From contig OZ024740.1 in NCBI GenBank assembly GCA_964016885.1, positions 347,634,001 to 347,698,000 on the forward strand: a DNA stretch of 64,000 bases, in the 5' to 3' direction. Below are positions 1 through 13,667 of the stretch, one piece after another. The notes beneath the pieces are model-generated. The model did not search any database, was not told the origin of the DNA, and saw only the letters and a list, made by a program, of their open reading frames with translations. A program made the translations under genes and the position numbers. Every line of letters begins with the position of its first letter. The stretch's first letter is position 1. This DNA is from Eledone cirrhosa (lineage: Eukaryota).

Positions 1-241
1 TATTTGTTTTTGAAATCCGCATAATAAAATACATGGAACTCTTTTAACCATCTTTTGTTCTTATATATTATGTATACTCCAGTCCTACAAACTGTAGAGT
101 GCTTCTTATCCGATATCTGCATTGCTTTATTGTACTACAATAAAACTCACCTCCTACATTAACTTGCTCCTTAACGGTTGAGCGCTTACTCTCATATTGG
201 ATACCTTTTGATGGTCTTTTACTTCTTTCTTCTTCTACAAC

Positions 242-2632
242 ATGGATTATTACAACATAACTAATTCAACTAAAGACATTCCTATACCTGGTAAATCTGA
301 ATTCACCAAACTTCTAATTGAAAAAACTGACTCCTTCGTAAGAAGACTTAGATGGATAGCCTATTTCTATGACCAGCGCCTAAAAGGGAACTTCTATACC
401 AAGGAACATAACTTCCTCGATCATCTATTTAATTCTAGAAGAAATCCTCCTTCCAACAAAAGTCTAGTGCAATTCGAGGAAGAGTTACCTAAAATTATAA
501 AAAATCTTAAATTCAAGAGATACCCTTACAAAGGACAAGACCACCTTGTAAATCACAAGAACACAATTTCAAACCTAAATTCCTCAAAAAATGTTTTAGT
601 CCACTCTGACAAAACCAATAACTTATATGGTATTTCCAAGGATAATTATAACAACCTTATCCTAAAGGAACTTAGAAAAAAATATCGTAAAACCAACCAT
701 GATAATTTAGAATACATAAACTTTGAAGCCTCTGAGATTATGTCAAAACTTGGCATTGAAAAAAAGACCGAACCGCTCCTCCCAAGAACTCCGAGGATAA
801 ATCTCAAGGATCACAAAAACAATTTTCGCACTGAACTACCTGTTAGATTAATCGCCCCCTCTAAATCAGATCTGGGGGTTGTTAATAAAGCTATCTTGGA
901 TAGAATTATCCCACAGGTTCGTTCTAATTGCTCTTCTTTGAAGCTAAATTTATGGTTTGGTACTTCTGAAGTGATTAGCTGGTTCAACAAATTGAATAAT
1001 AAAAACAAACTAAAATTTGTTCAATTTGATATTGCCAGCTACTATTCTTCTATTTCGCCTTCACTTCACAATAATGCTCTATCTTTCGCACTTAAATATT
1101 CTGACGTCACCACAGATGAACTTCACATCATTCTCACCGCACGTAAAACCATCCTAGAGTTCAACAACGAATATTGGAACAGAGCCGATACCTCTAACAA
1201 CTTCGACATCACAATGGGAGCATCCGATTCATCCCAATTGACAGATTTAATTGGTATCTTTATTTTGAACTCTTTGAGTCAGAAAATTCCTCTACTTCGC
1301 GGTGGAATTTATCGTGACGATGGACTCTTTACTATCTTAAATTGCAACATAGTTAACCTTAATATTATTAAGAACAATATAGGTAATCTCTTTAACCAAC
1401 ATAACCTAAAAATTGAATTTGATAACAGCATCAAACTAGCTAATTTCTTGGATGTATCTCTCAATCTTGACACTGGCCTATATTACCCTTACCATAAAAA
1501 CAATGAGAACCTAAATTATGTTAACTTTAAATCTAACCATCCTACTAATATCAAGAATGCTATAGTTAGTAATATTGGAAAAAGAATATCTAACCTATCT
1601 TCTAATAAAAACATCTTTGATTCTAACGTCAATTACTATAATAACGCGCTTTCTAAAGCCGGCTATCCTGATAAAATCAAATATAGTAAAGAAACAAATT
1701 CTAGAAGAACTTACAGTAGAATAATTAATCATGATCATTCCAATAACTTTAATAAAAGACCTAGATACAAAAACATAATCTGGTATAATGCTCCTTTCTC
1801 CATCTCTATTAATAACAATATTCCTAAATTATTCTTTAGTGCCTTAAATAAATGCTTCCCTCCCTCACATATCTATAGTAAAATATTTAACAAACACTAT
1901 AAAATTTTCCTATTCTACATCCTCCAACATTTCCAACATTATCTCTAAACACAACAATAAAATACTAAATACTAAATCTCTTCCTTCCAACACTGAATAT
2001 CATAATAATAGTAATAGTACTCCCGACGTCATTGTAAACCCTAGGCTAATTTCTGCAAACCCAAATACAACGTCAAACACAACTTCGCTAAATGTTCTTA
2101 ATCCCATTCTAAATCAAGAAACTATTATTCCTATCGCAAATAACTTCTCCAATCCAATTCCTTCTATAGATAACACTAGGTCACTCGTTAATAATCTCTC
2201 TAATCGCAATTGCAATTGCCCTGTTAAAAATAAATGTCCTCTCAACAACTATTGTCTTGATAAAAACTTAATTTACGAATGTAAAGTTATAACTGACACC
2301 AATTCCTTCACCTATTTTGGCTCCACTTCCACCTCTTTTAAAGCTCGTCTTTCTAACCATCATTCGTCTTTTAAATACAAACTTAAAAGAACCAACACGG
2401 CTCTCTCAGAACTCATATGGTCCTTGAAAGACAAAAATATTAAATATAGCATCTTTTGGAAGAAGGTTTCTTCTGCGTCTTGAACAGTTCTCTATCCAAA
2501 ATTTGCAATCTCTGTCTAAATGAAAAATTTACTATTATATCTAATTTAGATTCTATAATAAATAGACGCACTGACTTGTTTTCTATCTGCTTGCATAAAT
2601 TCCACAAAACATTCCACAAAGTATACAGCTAA
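242..2632 (+). pseudogene. Penelope-like reverse transcriptase + Cys-rich linker + GIY-YIG endonuclease, frameshifted
   Basis: ORF 242-1948 has QFDIASYYSSI, ITMGA, YRDD, FLDV and SNHP motifs. After a frameshift near 1900 another frame gives NCNC..CPL..C, IYECKV..TYFGST..FKARL and CNLCLNEK, ending TAA 2630-2632. A further stop/frameshift lies near 2481. Confidence 0.9.
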
Positions 2633-3045
2633 TATCCAAATCTTTATCAATTTAGAATTCTTTTCTCAAAGGCACATATATATATATATACACTTCTTTA
2701 AAAAATACCCATCTTTCTACCTTATTTCAAAGGTTATTATACATTCTATAATATTTGTTACTCATTCTATATCGCTCCTATTTATCACTTCCCTTTCTTC
2801 TCTTTTTCTTTTAATATCTAACCCCTAATCTGTACCTTTTCTCACTGTTGCCTAACATAGAATCAATTATTACATAATACAATACATTCTTACTCTATAT
2901 CATCTTGTAAAAATACTTCGTAAACATAAACATTTTTTTGACGTTAGATTATTCATCCTCAATTCATTATTCTTTTCTCCCTTTCATCTAACTCGTTCAT
3001 GCTCATCTCACAATATATCCTTACTTAAATTACCTGTTGTTCTTT

Positions 3046-3225
3046 TTAATAATACATATCAACATTTTCTTTCCATCGCACATATTATTAAACCCTTAAA
3101 TATCATTCTTAATACATATTAACTTTTTCTTTCCATCGCATATGTTATTAAACCCTTAAATATTATTCTTAATACATATTAACATTTTCTTTTCATCGCA
3201 CATATTATTAAACCCCTCAATATAC
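3046..3225 (+). repeat. ~60-bp tandem repeat, 3 copies, in the Penelope-like 3' UTR
   Basis: Unit aatacatattaacattttctttccatcgcacatattattaaacccttaaatatcattctt repeats at ~60-bp spacing. Confidence 0.85.
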
Positions 3226-3573
3226 AAACCTTAACTTTACATTATTTTTCTCTTCGTTAATTTTCAAATTCTTTTAATTTATACATTATCTTCCAACGGT
3301 TTTCAACGTCTCTATGTAAAACAATATATCTTTCTCAGTCATAAAAGCTATCTCTCTCTATCTATCACCCATCTCTCCTCCTATCTCATCCTTCCTCATT
3401 ATACTCCTCCCTCTCCACTTTTTACTCTCATCTCCTCCTCTTTTTCACCCCCCCCCCTCCTCAAAATAAAATATTTTTCCCAATATCACACATCAATCTA
3501 AAACTACTTCTCATATGTTGATTTAAAACTGCACTATCCACAAGTGTTTTTTAACCTTCATATCATGTCTTGC

Positions 3574-3645
3574 TGTCTTATCTGATGAAAACAGAAATAT
3601 TATTGCATGATGATATTTGTTTTTGAAATGCGCATAATAAAATAC
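3574..3645 (+). ncRNA. Type I hammerhead ribozyme in the pLTR
   Basis: CTGATGA at 3582-3588, long stem II, GAAA at 3625-3628, palindromic stem III TGCGCA, ATA cleavage triplet, stem I tgtcttat/ataaaata. Confidence 0.8.
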
Positions 3646-3672
3646 ATGGAGCTCTTTTAACCATCTTTTGTT

Positions 3673-3757
<85 letters not shown>

Positions 3758-3825
3758 GTATATATATATACTACCATGACTGAATCTTAACCATCTACTA
3801 TATCAGGGTATGTTATGCATCATCT

Positions 3826-3892
3826 TATTTTATCTAATGAGGACGTACTGTTGAAATTAACTCAGTACCTCTGAAATATGTATAATAAAATA
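3826..3892 (+). ncRNA. Degenerate type I hammerhead ribozyme (core CTAATGA)
   Basis: Stem I tattttat/ataaaata, stem II GTACTG/CAGTAC, GAAA-TATGTA-TA. A G-to-A change in the core probably inactivates it. Confidence 0.65.
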
Positions 3893-4796
3893 TACTTGAT
3901 CACAAGAATATCTATTTTGTTAATATTTTGAATTAATATTAATAACTCCGGAAAACCATTTCTTTTGAGTGCTTCCAATCTATTGTAAAATTTATTCTTT
4001 GAGTTATTCATTGAACCTTGTTTAACCTTTAAATATATATATATATATATAATCATTTAACTCCTATTTCCCTGCTAGCAAGGTTTGAACGGGTCTTCAC
4101 AGACCAAGTCAGTACTGAAGCTGGGCTACCGACGTCACAGACAGGCCGAGGGGTCTGTATCCCGATTACGTCTGATCATATCAAGTGCAGAGGTGATTTT
4201 GACTTTTCTTTTGACACAACACAAACTGAAGGATCCACCTAACCCATAGTTTGGCAACCTGTCTATGGCTGGATGCCCTTCCTAACACCAAACACTTTAC
4301 ACCGGGTATCGTGTAGATCAAAGGTTCTCAATGGGGGGCATTTGCACCCCGGGGGGGCGTTTCAGAACTCCAGGGGGCGTTTGGGAGCAAGGTCGCGTTA
4401 GGGGGCGTTTGGAGCTTTGGGGGCGCTGGAAGGCTCTTTACTTTGGTAAGTTTTATAAGCCATATTTGTATGTCTTTGAGACAGCCAGTGTGAATGCATT
4501 TGAATGAGCATGCAGACAGCATAACTATAGTCTGACTGCAGCGGTGAGCAGGTGTGCAGGCATGTCTAGACATTAACCGGCAATTGGGAACCTAAAAATG
4601 GAAAAACCCACAGTCAACTGGGCCAAGGACACTTTGAGAGCAGCCAGTTAGAATCTTATCTTTCCTTCACCGATAACAATGTATTTCATGTGTGAAATTA
4701 TTGACTCAACCGTAATGAGTTGACACTATGTAGATCTATTTTATTCCCTATTGTATAAATAATATTACAAATAAAAAAAGAAAAGAAAAAACACAG

Positions 4797-4996
4797 AAGC
4801 AGGTAACACACACATCTAGGACCACATGCAACACATAATCAGGTAATAGAAACATCTAGGACCACATACAACACACAGGCAGGTAATACATACATCTAGG
4901 ACCACATACAACACACAAGCAGGTAATACATACAGCTGGGACCACATGCAATACATAAGCAGGTAATACATACATCTAAGACTACATACAACACAC
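4797..4996 (+). repeat. 40-bp minisatellite (~5 units) inside the hAT element
   Basis: Unit aagcaggtaatacatacatctaggaccacatacaacacat. Confidence 0.9.
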
Positions 4997-4997
4997 A

Positions 4998-6028
4998 TTG
5001 TGTCATGTGCTACGGACGACGCAAGAGCAATGGTCGGCCAACATAAGGGTTTCGTCACTCTTCTGAAGAGAGAAAATCTATTTGTATTTGGTGTTCATTG
5101 TGTCATTCATCGACAACACTTGGCTGCGAAGAAACTCAGCAATCCGCTGAACAAGTCCTTGCAGGTGGCCATTGATGTCATCAATTTTATCAAACGGCAT
5201 TCCCTCAATGAACGAATTTTCCGGCAACTGTGTCAAGATGATGATGAAGAATTCATCAAGTTGCTCCTTCATACTGAAGTGAGGTGGCTTTCAAAGGGCA
5301 AGTGCCTTACTCACTTCTTTGAACTCTTCGACTCTCTCATTGAGTTTCTGCGAAGCCGCAACGCAGAACTGTACAAGAAAACCCCTACCTCACCGACATC
5401 TTCGACAAATGCAATAGTGTCATTTTGGCTTTGCAGGGGAAGAAGATCACCTTGCTTAAAGCAAGGAATGCTGTGAAAACATTCCTGGCCATATTGAAAG
5501 TCATTGAAAGGAATCTTTGTTGACGGGAGTTCTATAATTTTCCTAGTGTCGCCAATGTTCAAAACATTGTAAGCAATGACCAACTCCAAATTTATACCAC
5601 TCACCTCCGTGCACTATAAGACAACATGAGAGAATGGTTTGTCAACCTTTTGCCGGTGGACATTCCAATGTGCATAGCAGATCACTTCATAGCTAACGTC
5701 GACAATTCGGATGTTAAATTTCAGGAAGAATTCATTGAACTTCAATCAGATGATATGATCAAAATTAGATTTCCCAAAATAGGTGAACCCCTTTTTGGGA
5801 TGCAAGAGGAAACTCAGCGTCGATTTACACATCTACATGCAGAAGCTAAGAGATTTGCTCTGCCTTTTCCAAGCTCATACTTAGTCGAGAGGAGGTTTGA
5901 TGCTGTTTCAAGACTGCACAGTAAGTATCTCAACCGCTACACGTGGAGATCTCTTGCTACATCTTAGGAAAATTCAGCCTCATGTCAAAGAGTTAGCTAG
6001 ACTCCATGAAGCTCAAGGGTCCCATTGA
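4998..6028 (+). pseudogene. hAT transposase C-terminal half (Buster/SCAND3/ZBED8-like), frameshifted
   Basis: Motifs TDDARAMVG, HCVIHRQHLA, LLHTEVRWLSKG and PFPSSYLVER, ending GSH*. Confidence 0.9.
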
Positions 6029-7049
6029 AATGAGGTCAAAGTTAAAGTAAGTTGATTTATCCGAAAACTTGGATATGCTATTGTTACAAAGCAAACTAAC
6101 AATTTTTTTATTTGTAGTTGCAGTCTGACTGGACTGGAAACCATCTACTACAATTCACTTACTCATTTGTTGTATATATTTTACCATTTACTAATAAATA
6201 TACCTCCCGCGTGGTCGTGAAAACCCTCTTCCATGGTCTCTAAGCTCACAAAGCAGAGGGGACATCAATTTAGATATCAACATTTATTCTGTCCGTTTCA
6301 TTAAAGGGAAAATTGGAAAGCTTTGAAATGATATAATTGCCACTTTCTTCCAGAAAAGAGCACTTTTGGGATAGACAGAATTGCTCTTGTATAAATGTTC
6401 AAAATAGTTGGTAATGCCTGGTGGGAATATAACAAATTCAACTGGTCCTTATTCATAAAAAAGAACATTTATGTTCCTTTTTTTGAAATTTATATATTTC
6501 CTTTCAAGGAATGTATTTATACTCTCAGCTGCCTGCAATGGTATCTTTGGAATATTGTTAATTTTTCAGTAATCTACTGATATTAAAATCAGAAGTATAT
6601 TGAAAAATGGAAAAATAGGGTAGGGGGCGTTTCATGATTTCAAGGGACAAAAGGGAGCGTTTGGCCTAAATGGGTTGAGAACCTGTGGTGTAGATCTTCA
6701 ACACTAGAGGTTGTTATACTTTGGGAGTGTCATACTGACAATAGAAACACATAACAGTTAAATTTCATTTCTGTCTATTAGAAGATGAGTAACTAATCCA
6801 ATCATCGGTTAGTTTATTAACCAGCTAGCTGCTTAATGGTTAATTGGCGAAACTTCAGGCATGCATCCAGTGACATTTACAATGTCAATTGTTGCTTCTC
6901 TTTGTCTTCTCTTTGTTCTCATCTTGTTCTATTTACTTCAAACAAGATGAAAGAAATAGAACAATATCAAAACAAAGAGGAACAGGAATAGTCATTGATG
7001 CCCGTCGAAAATGCTTTGACAATTTGTTTCAGATTTAATAATAGCTTCT

Positions 7050-7250
7050 ACATTTGGCACAAGGTCAGCAACTTTGGCGGAGTGTAAAATCGATTAATTC
7101 GACCCCAGTGCGTTGATGGTGCTTTAGTTATCGACCCCGCAGGGATGAAAGGCAAAGCTCACCTTGGCGGGATTTGAAATCAGAAGGCAAAGGGCCGTAA
7201 TTCTAAGCCATAAAGCATGTTGTCCGACGCTCTACCAATACTGCCAATCC
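7050..7250 (-). mobile_element. tRNA-derived SINE
   Basis: The reverse complement contains the B-box-like ttcaaatcccgcc and the tttgcctttcatcc..ggggtcgata core seen in other copies in this window. Confidence 0.7.
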
Positions 7251-8584
7251 AACCCCCTGTAATCGTCAATGGCTCCAATGACCAATTTTCAGAATATGAC
7301 ATGGAGCATCAAACTTATTACTCTAATTTAATTGACTGTTATAAAAAAAAAATTATTAATAAGGAAAATATGCATTTTATATCTCAAGACTGTTTCTTTT
7401 TTGTTTTGTTTTTTGATAAAACATGATCAGAGGAAAAAGACATGTTCTTTCCCTGGGTGTTGAATTTCGTATTCGATAAAATGATAACCTGATAAGTATT
7501 GAGGTCAAGTCACTGTTGCCTTTCTAAATAATCAAGTATTTGAGTTCACGTGTTATTTTTGGCAATAGCATTTGTTCATTTCTCAGTATATACTCTGTTA
7601 TCGGTAATTATTTTTCATTGGTTAAAAACATTTTTGTCCGAATTACTTTTGGTACGACATCATGAAGAAGGTGATATAAATGGGAGATATCTCTGTATCA
7701 ACCGATCAAAACAAGGTGCTTGTTCTATAATGTGTTGATGTGCCTCATATACCGTATTCAGACTGTCGCAATAAGCCGATATAGATATGTGCGACGTACG
7801 TGCTAGGTATACTGAAAGAGTTATAATATCAAACAAACAGATGAGTGTACGATAAAAAAAAGTGGCAAAATAACATAAAATAACCACGAAACCTTTGACT
7901 GAAAATGGTGTTGCTGTTATAAGATGTAATGCTCATATTGCTAGTGCTTTGGAGTCTACACATCTATACCAGAACTGTGCACACATCCATACACTGGGAG
8001 TCGGAAATACAGAAATACGTAATATTACTGTTCAGACTTGTTTCTACAGCTCAAGTCATGGTTCTCTTACTCAATAATTTTTTCTATGATCTGGGCGTTA
8101 ACAAGATCTGTGTTTATATGTCATGTTTATTCTGATGTATAACCACCATTTCATCGATCCGAAAAAATTAATAAACAATATTGATTTTTTTAAAAATAGG
8201 TCGATTGTTGACTTGTGATTCGTTCTGTGGTTTGGGATGGACCGTCGACAAGCAACAGGTTTCTTGTGTGTTGCTTTACTAGCTAGAAAAAGAGTACTGC
8301 CCTAGAGTATAACCATAAATTGTCATTCTTGAAAAGGATGTCAGACCTGCATAGACGGTATCAATAATACATGTTCTAGTTTTATAGCTGTGTGTCAGTC
8401 AGTTAGGCAGTCAATCCCTCGTAACCAGGGGCAGTTCCCAGTCTTTTCGATCGTTTGTGTATTCTTTTATATTTTCTGCCTCCCTTTCCCGAAAGGTTCT
8501 ATACCATGTTGCTAATATGTTCCTGTCATTTCCTTGTCTTTGCACTGTTGCATCTCAACACACAATTTGTATGTCGCTTCGGAT

Positions 8585-9000
8585 TTGTATGTCGCTGCGG
8601 ATCCACCATGAATTGTTTCAGCCTCCACCCGCTTTCCTGTCGCTACAGTGCCGGCCGCCTTCCACGCCATGCCGCCATCAACGAGGTCATAAATCATGGC
8701 TTGGATGTTGCAGGCTTCCCCTCCCAGCTCGAGCCGGTGGAGCTGGACCGAAGGGACGGGAAAAGGCCAGATGGTATGACCATCTGCCTGTTCCACGGTG
8801 GCAAACCCCTCGTCTGGGATGCCACTTGCAGCAACACTTTCTCCAGCCGCAACCTTGTGCAGTTTGCGATTAACCCATGTTCTGCTGCACTTCAGGCTAA
8901 GGAGGGCAAACTATCCAAGTATCGGTCGCTCTCCGACATGTTTGCGGTCGTGTCCTTAGCAATGGAGACTTCTGGTGTCCTTGGGCTTAGGGCTACCTCC
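8585..9000 (+). mobile_element. 3' fragment of a CRE-like non-LTR retrotransposon (Zn finger + restriction-like endonuclease)
   Basis: Motifs CRCG..HPLSC..RHAAIN, KRPDG, LVWDATC, K..KY and ETSG. Confidence 0.75.
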
Positions 9001-9745
9001 TTACTACCATCGGCGCTGAGCTGGCCAGCCGCAGGTGTGAGCCGGAGCTGTGGGGCGGCCAGCACGTGGAACCCCATTTTCTCATAATACAGAGAGATGG
9101 GGAGGGCGAGAGAGGTGGAGGCGATAAGAGTGGGAGTTCAGTTCTTCCGTTTTTGGACACATTTGTCAAACTGTAGGTTTTATGAAACAATTGTACCATA
9201 AATTAATTTGTATGTCGATGAGCTAGTTACCACAGTACGTGACCAACCAGTCACTAATTTGTCTGGGTGGTAAAAATACTGGGTGGTAAAAATACTCCTT
9301 TGCTTCGTCTCGTAAAACTAGATTTACTTTCACTTTTAAGGGAAAGACGGTGGAATCGAGGAGCCATCTGAGGTTCAATATTCGATGTAAAACATCTCGT
9401 GATGCATTGTATTGTAGGCCCTGTTAGTTTTACTGCTTGGTGCTTGGAATGTGTCTGCTCAAATATCAATCTTCTTTCAAATATATGCTTCGTATATAGT
9501 GGGACCTCTAGATAATATTACAATTCTCAACAATCTTGTCCTGTATAATGAAGAATATATAAACACAGACCACATAAATATTGAATCTTCCGTCAGTTAG
9601 AAACAGTAAAACAAATTGCTATAGAAAATTACATACCTGAAAGGAGCAGTAGCACCACAATGACAGGAGACATATTTCTGGTGAAATGAGAACAAAATAA
9701 CGTAATATGATTTTATAGATGTATATATATATATATATATATATG

Positions 9746-9863
<118 letters not shown>

Positions 9864-9965
9864 CGTGTTGTGTGAGGTGTGGGTGCGTGTGTGTGTGTGT
9901 GTCTGTGTTGTGAGTATTTATAAAATATGCCGACGCTATATGGTATATATACATATATATATATG

Positions 9966-10051
<86 letters not shown>

Positions 10052-11476
10052 TATATATATATATATACACACACACATATATATATCTGTTAGAACACGA
10101 AAAGTGTGAAACACAGAATGTTCACTTTTCGTGTTCTAACATATATGCCTAGCTTCTTTAAAAATTTTTCGGGGATAGCCGTGGTGGTGGTGATCGTATG
10201 TCATTGGCTAATTTTCAACCAATCAGAGTACCTCTCTCTATATCTCTTCCACTGTTACTTACGCCTGTTTCTCTCTATCTGTTCCGTCTCTATATATATC
10301 TCTTACTCTTTCGCTTTGCACTCCTCCCCTTCAATACCATCTCTCCCCCTCTCTATATATTTGTTACTCTATCGCTGCACGCTCCTCTCCTTCAATATAT
10401 CAATTACACACGCTTTACACTCCTTTATCCCCAGCGCCCCTATATATACACCCCCCTCTCCCGCATCTATATTTTAATGTACCGTTGCACCGTGAATATA
10501 TGTGTCTATATATATATACATATATATTGTATATACACATTCATGTATGTGTATACACATTCATGTATGTATATACACTGGTTTTATGTGTGTATTGTAA
10601 ATTTGTACTGTTAAAACACGAAACTAACATTCGATTGACACTTTGATTACCTGTACAGGCAATAGTTATTAGAATGCTGTTGAAGTGTGTATATATTTTT
10701 GGGGGACATCCTGTATATACACACATTATATATAATACAATAAACAGATAAATACACACATATATATATGAGCTTATTTAATTATAAATATTGTGAATTT
10801 TTAACTCAGTTCAATTATATATATAAATGGCTTCTACAGGACTAGAACTGTTTCATTCGAAAGAAATCATCATAATATTGAGAGGGGGGACTAGATAAAA
10901 TATTTCAAATCAAATGTGTATAAGTTATAAGTTAAAATGTATAAATAGAGACGATAGTGGAGGTATATCTGTTTAGTGGAACAGTAGACGATAGAATTAA
11001 ATACAGACGATAATCTCCCTTTAATGAAACAGCAGACGATAGAATTAAGGCAATTTAAATTTTAAGCATTTGCATTTTTGCCTTTCATCGTTACGGGGTC
11101 GATAAAATAAAGTACCAGTAATACACTGTCACTAGACGACTTTCAAATTGAATTGTTGGTTCCATTTCTTTAGTATTTTCAATTGTAGTTATCTACTTAA
11201 AAAGCGTTACATAATTCGTAAGTTATATCTTCCCTATTAAACCATTGCATTATTTCGCCTACAATAGAACAAAAATGAAATGTTCTTTAAAGAAACAGGA
11301 ATATAACTTTATAAAAAAAAAAGTTGCATCCGCTTCTTTTATCATTGATAATTTTTTCGTTTTAATATTAATTGTTTTTTGTAGTTGTTTATATTAAAAA
11401 TCTTACTGTAATATTTACTTAAACGAAGGCAAACATCTAAACTTATAGATTAATCTTGAGCGAAGGACTAGATAAA

Positions 11477-11539
<63 letters not shown>

Positions 11540-11931
11540 GAAGAATGATAAAATTTCAAGCAAAGAGTTTAATTAGGTATATTTTGTAATATTATTAACT
11601 AATTATTATAATTAACGCGCATATTTTGCTATCCTCAAACACGTTTACACATGGCATGAAATATAACTAATCCGAGATGGCTAGGTTTCATCTTCTAACT
11701 GGATATACGAAATCCATTATGTCTTGACAACAACATGAGGTAACATTATGTTATTCACAGACACACTTTGTACACTGTTCCATATCAGAATGTATTTCCT
11801 TCGTCACATTCACAAACAGTATTGAAAATATGTTCTTCGGCAAATAAAAATGTTTTGTTCATAATATTTCAACTAGCGATTGCTCTACTCCACGCACGAC
11901 CACCATAAATTAATGACCAGCTCAACACAAG

Positions 11932-12100
11932 TATTGGTAGAGCGTCAGACACCATGCTTTGCAGTATTGTTATGGTCCTTTGCATTCTAAGTTCAAATCC
12001 TGCCGAGGTTAACTTCGACTTTCATACTTACTAATTCGATAAAATAAAGTACCAGTAATGGACTGCCGTAATGGATTTGTGCCGAAAAATAGAAACACTA
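11932..12100 (+). mobile_element. tRNA-derived SINE
   Basis: tggtagagcgtcagac A-box-like head, gttcaaatcc B box, gataaaataaagtaccagt core. Confidence 0.7.
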
Positions 12101-12653
12101 TTAATGTGCAATAAGAGCAAAATATAACGACATTGCTCAATTATTTTATCTAATGTTGTAATAACACAAGGAAATGTTGTTTGTGTATTTTTTTTTATAT
12201 TTGCTCATAGGCTTTTACAATTTCGCTCAGCCAACAACTATTAAAAAGTGAGTTGCTTAAGATAACAATTTAATCACAAATTGTTGCTATCTTTTAATAC
12301 ACTCCAACAAGTCATCAAATTATGTACAATAAAAACAAATCTTATTAATTTGCTCAGGGAATATAAAGAAAATGTATATACACTGATAATTGCAAATGTA
12401 TGTAAATATTTTGTTTTTGTATTGTATATTTTATGTTTTCTATTATGTATAATATATTGATTTAATATTGATTGTTTTTTGTAGTTGTTTATATTAAAAG
12501 TCTGAAAATATTTTTATACATCTTACACTAATATTTATAAGATAATTTATAATAACAATTACATAATCTAATTACATTACAACGATAATTTATTATTAAT
12601 ATATATCCTGTTTAACTAGAGTTATTACAAGCGTTGCCTTAAAAAAATATTAA

Positions 12654-13608
12654 ACTAGACATGAAAAATGCGCAAGCTCAAAAGTGCCACAGAATGTTAT
12701 AATAAACCTTCAAAAGTGTGGGACTAGAGTTGTTGCTAAAAAATATTGTAATCATTATATATCGTACATTCTGTGGCATCCTTTATAAAAATAGCTTAAA
12801 CCAACGAAGCCTTTATTTTTACGCTATTTCACTTAGTTAATTCTTAGAGTGTAACATATAAAAATAAATACATCTATGTTTAATGTAATAACAGCTATAA
12901 ATAATTACGTAATATTATTATCATATACTCATAGTAACAAAATAATTGTGTTGAAACTTAATATGATGCTTATATGAACGATCAAATCTATAATGATAAT
13001 TTCTTAAATATACTAATAGTAAAATAATTTAGTTATCTATTGTTACATTTTCATAGAACTATAATATTAACAATCGTATTGCATTATCAAATTTTTATCA
13101 CTACAAACTTTCATATTGGAATTACCTTAAGCCACTTATTATTACTTCGCTTTCGTACTTTTACAGCTGTAGATATTGCGCTGTATCTTATATCTAATAT
13201 CAATATCTCGTGGTAATTTGCATGAAGTGTAAAATAGGTTTATTAATAACTTTAATATGAAATGTATTATACAGGGCTGCGGAGTCGGTCAAAAATTGAC
13301 TGGCTCCAACTCAGGATCCGATACTCCATTATTTCCTAAATTTCAGCTCCGCAGCTCTGTTATTATATTAATTAATTTATTTTATAGTTGTAAATCATAT
13401 TTTTATATGTTACACTCTAAGAATTAACTAAGTGAAATAGCGTAAAAATAAAGGCTTCGTTGGTTTAAGCTATTTTTATAAAGGATGCCACAGAATGTAC
13501 GATATATAATGATTACAATATTTTTTAGCAACAACTCTAGTCCCACACTTTTGAAGGTTTATTATAACATTCTGTGGCACTTTTGAGCTTGCGCATTTTT
13601 CATGTCTA

Positions 13609-13610
<2 letters not shown>
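12654..13610. repeat. Inverted repeat with 213-bp arms (12654-12866 / 13398-13610)
   Basis: The arms read as exact reverse complements (actagacatgaaaaatgcgc... / ...gcgcatttttcatgtctagt), with a ~530-bp AT-rich spacer. Confidence 0.9.
13272..13359. mobile_element. Small hAT-like MITE
   Basis: TIR CAGGGCTGCGGAG / CTCCGCAGCTCTG. Flanks gtattata and ttattata give a 7/8 TSD match. Confidence 0.6.
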
Positions 13611-13664
<54 letters not shown>

Positions 13665-13667
13665 TGT

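Larger units (their letters stand above)
1..3675 (+). mobile_element. Penelope-like retroelement, near full length, with direct terminal repeat (pLTR)
   Basis: Bases 1-67 recur at ~3614-3680. The element encloses an RT ORF and a GIY-YIG domain, and the 3' repeat carries a hammerhead motif. Confidence 0.9.
4319..6687 (+). mobile_element. hAT (Buster/Charlie-like) DNA transposon, non-autonomous copy
   Basis: TIRs CAAAGGTTCTCAA and TTGAGAACCTGTG. Perfect 8-bp TSD GTGTAGAT at 4311-4318 and 6688-6695, matching the NNNTANNN pattern. Confidence 0.95.

Noticed and set aside
7430-8140. Possible decayed membrane-protein gene (hydrophobic short ORFs)
   Set aside because: No recognisable motif or consistent frame, so it cannot be supported without a search.
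10838-10880. Possible further hammerhead on the minus strand (ATGATGA..GAAAC.GTT)
   Set aside because: The core is mutated and there is no convincing stem I.
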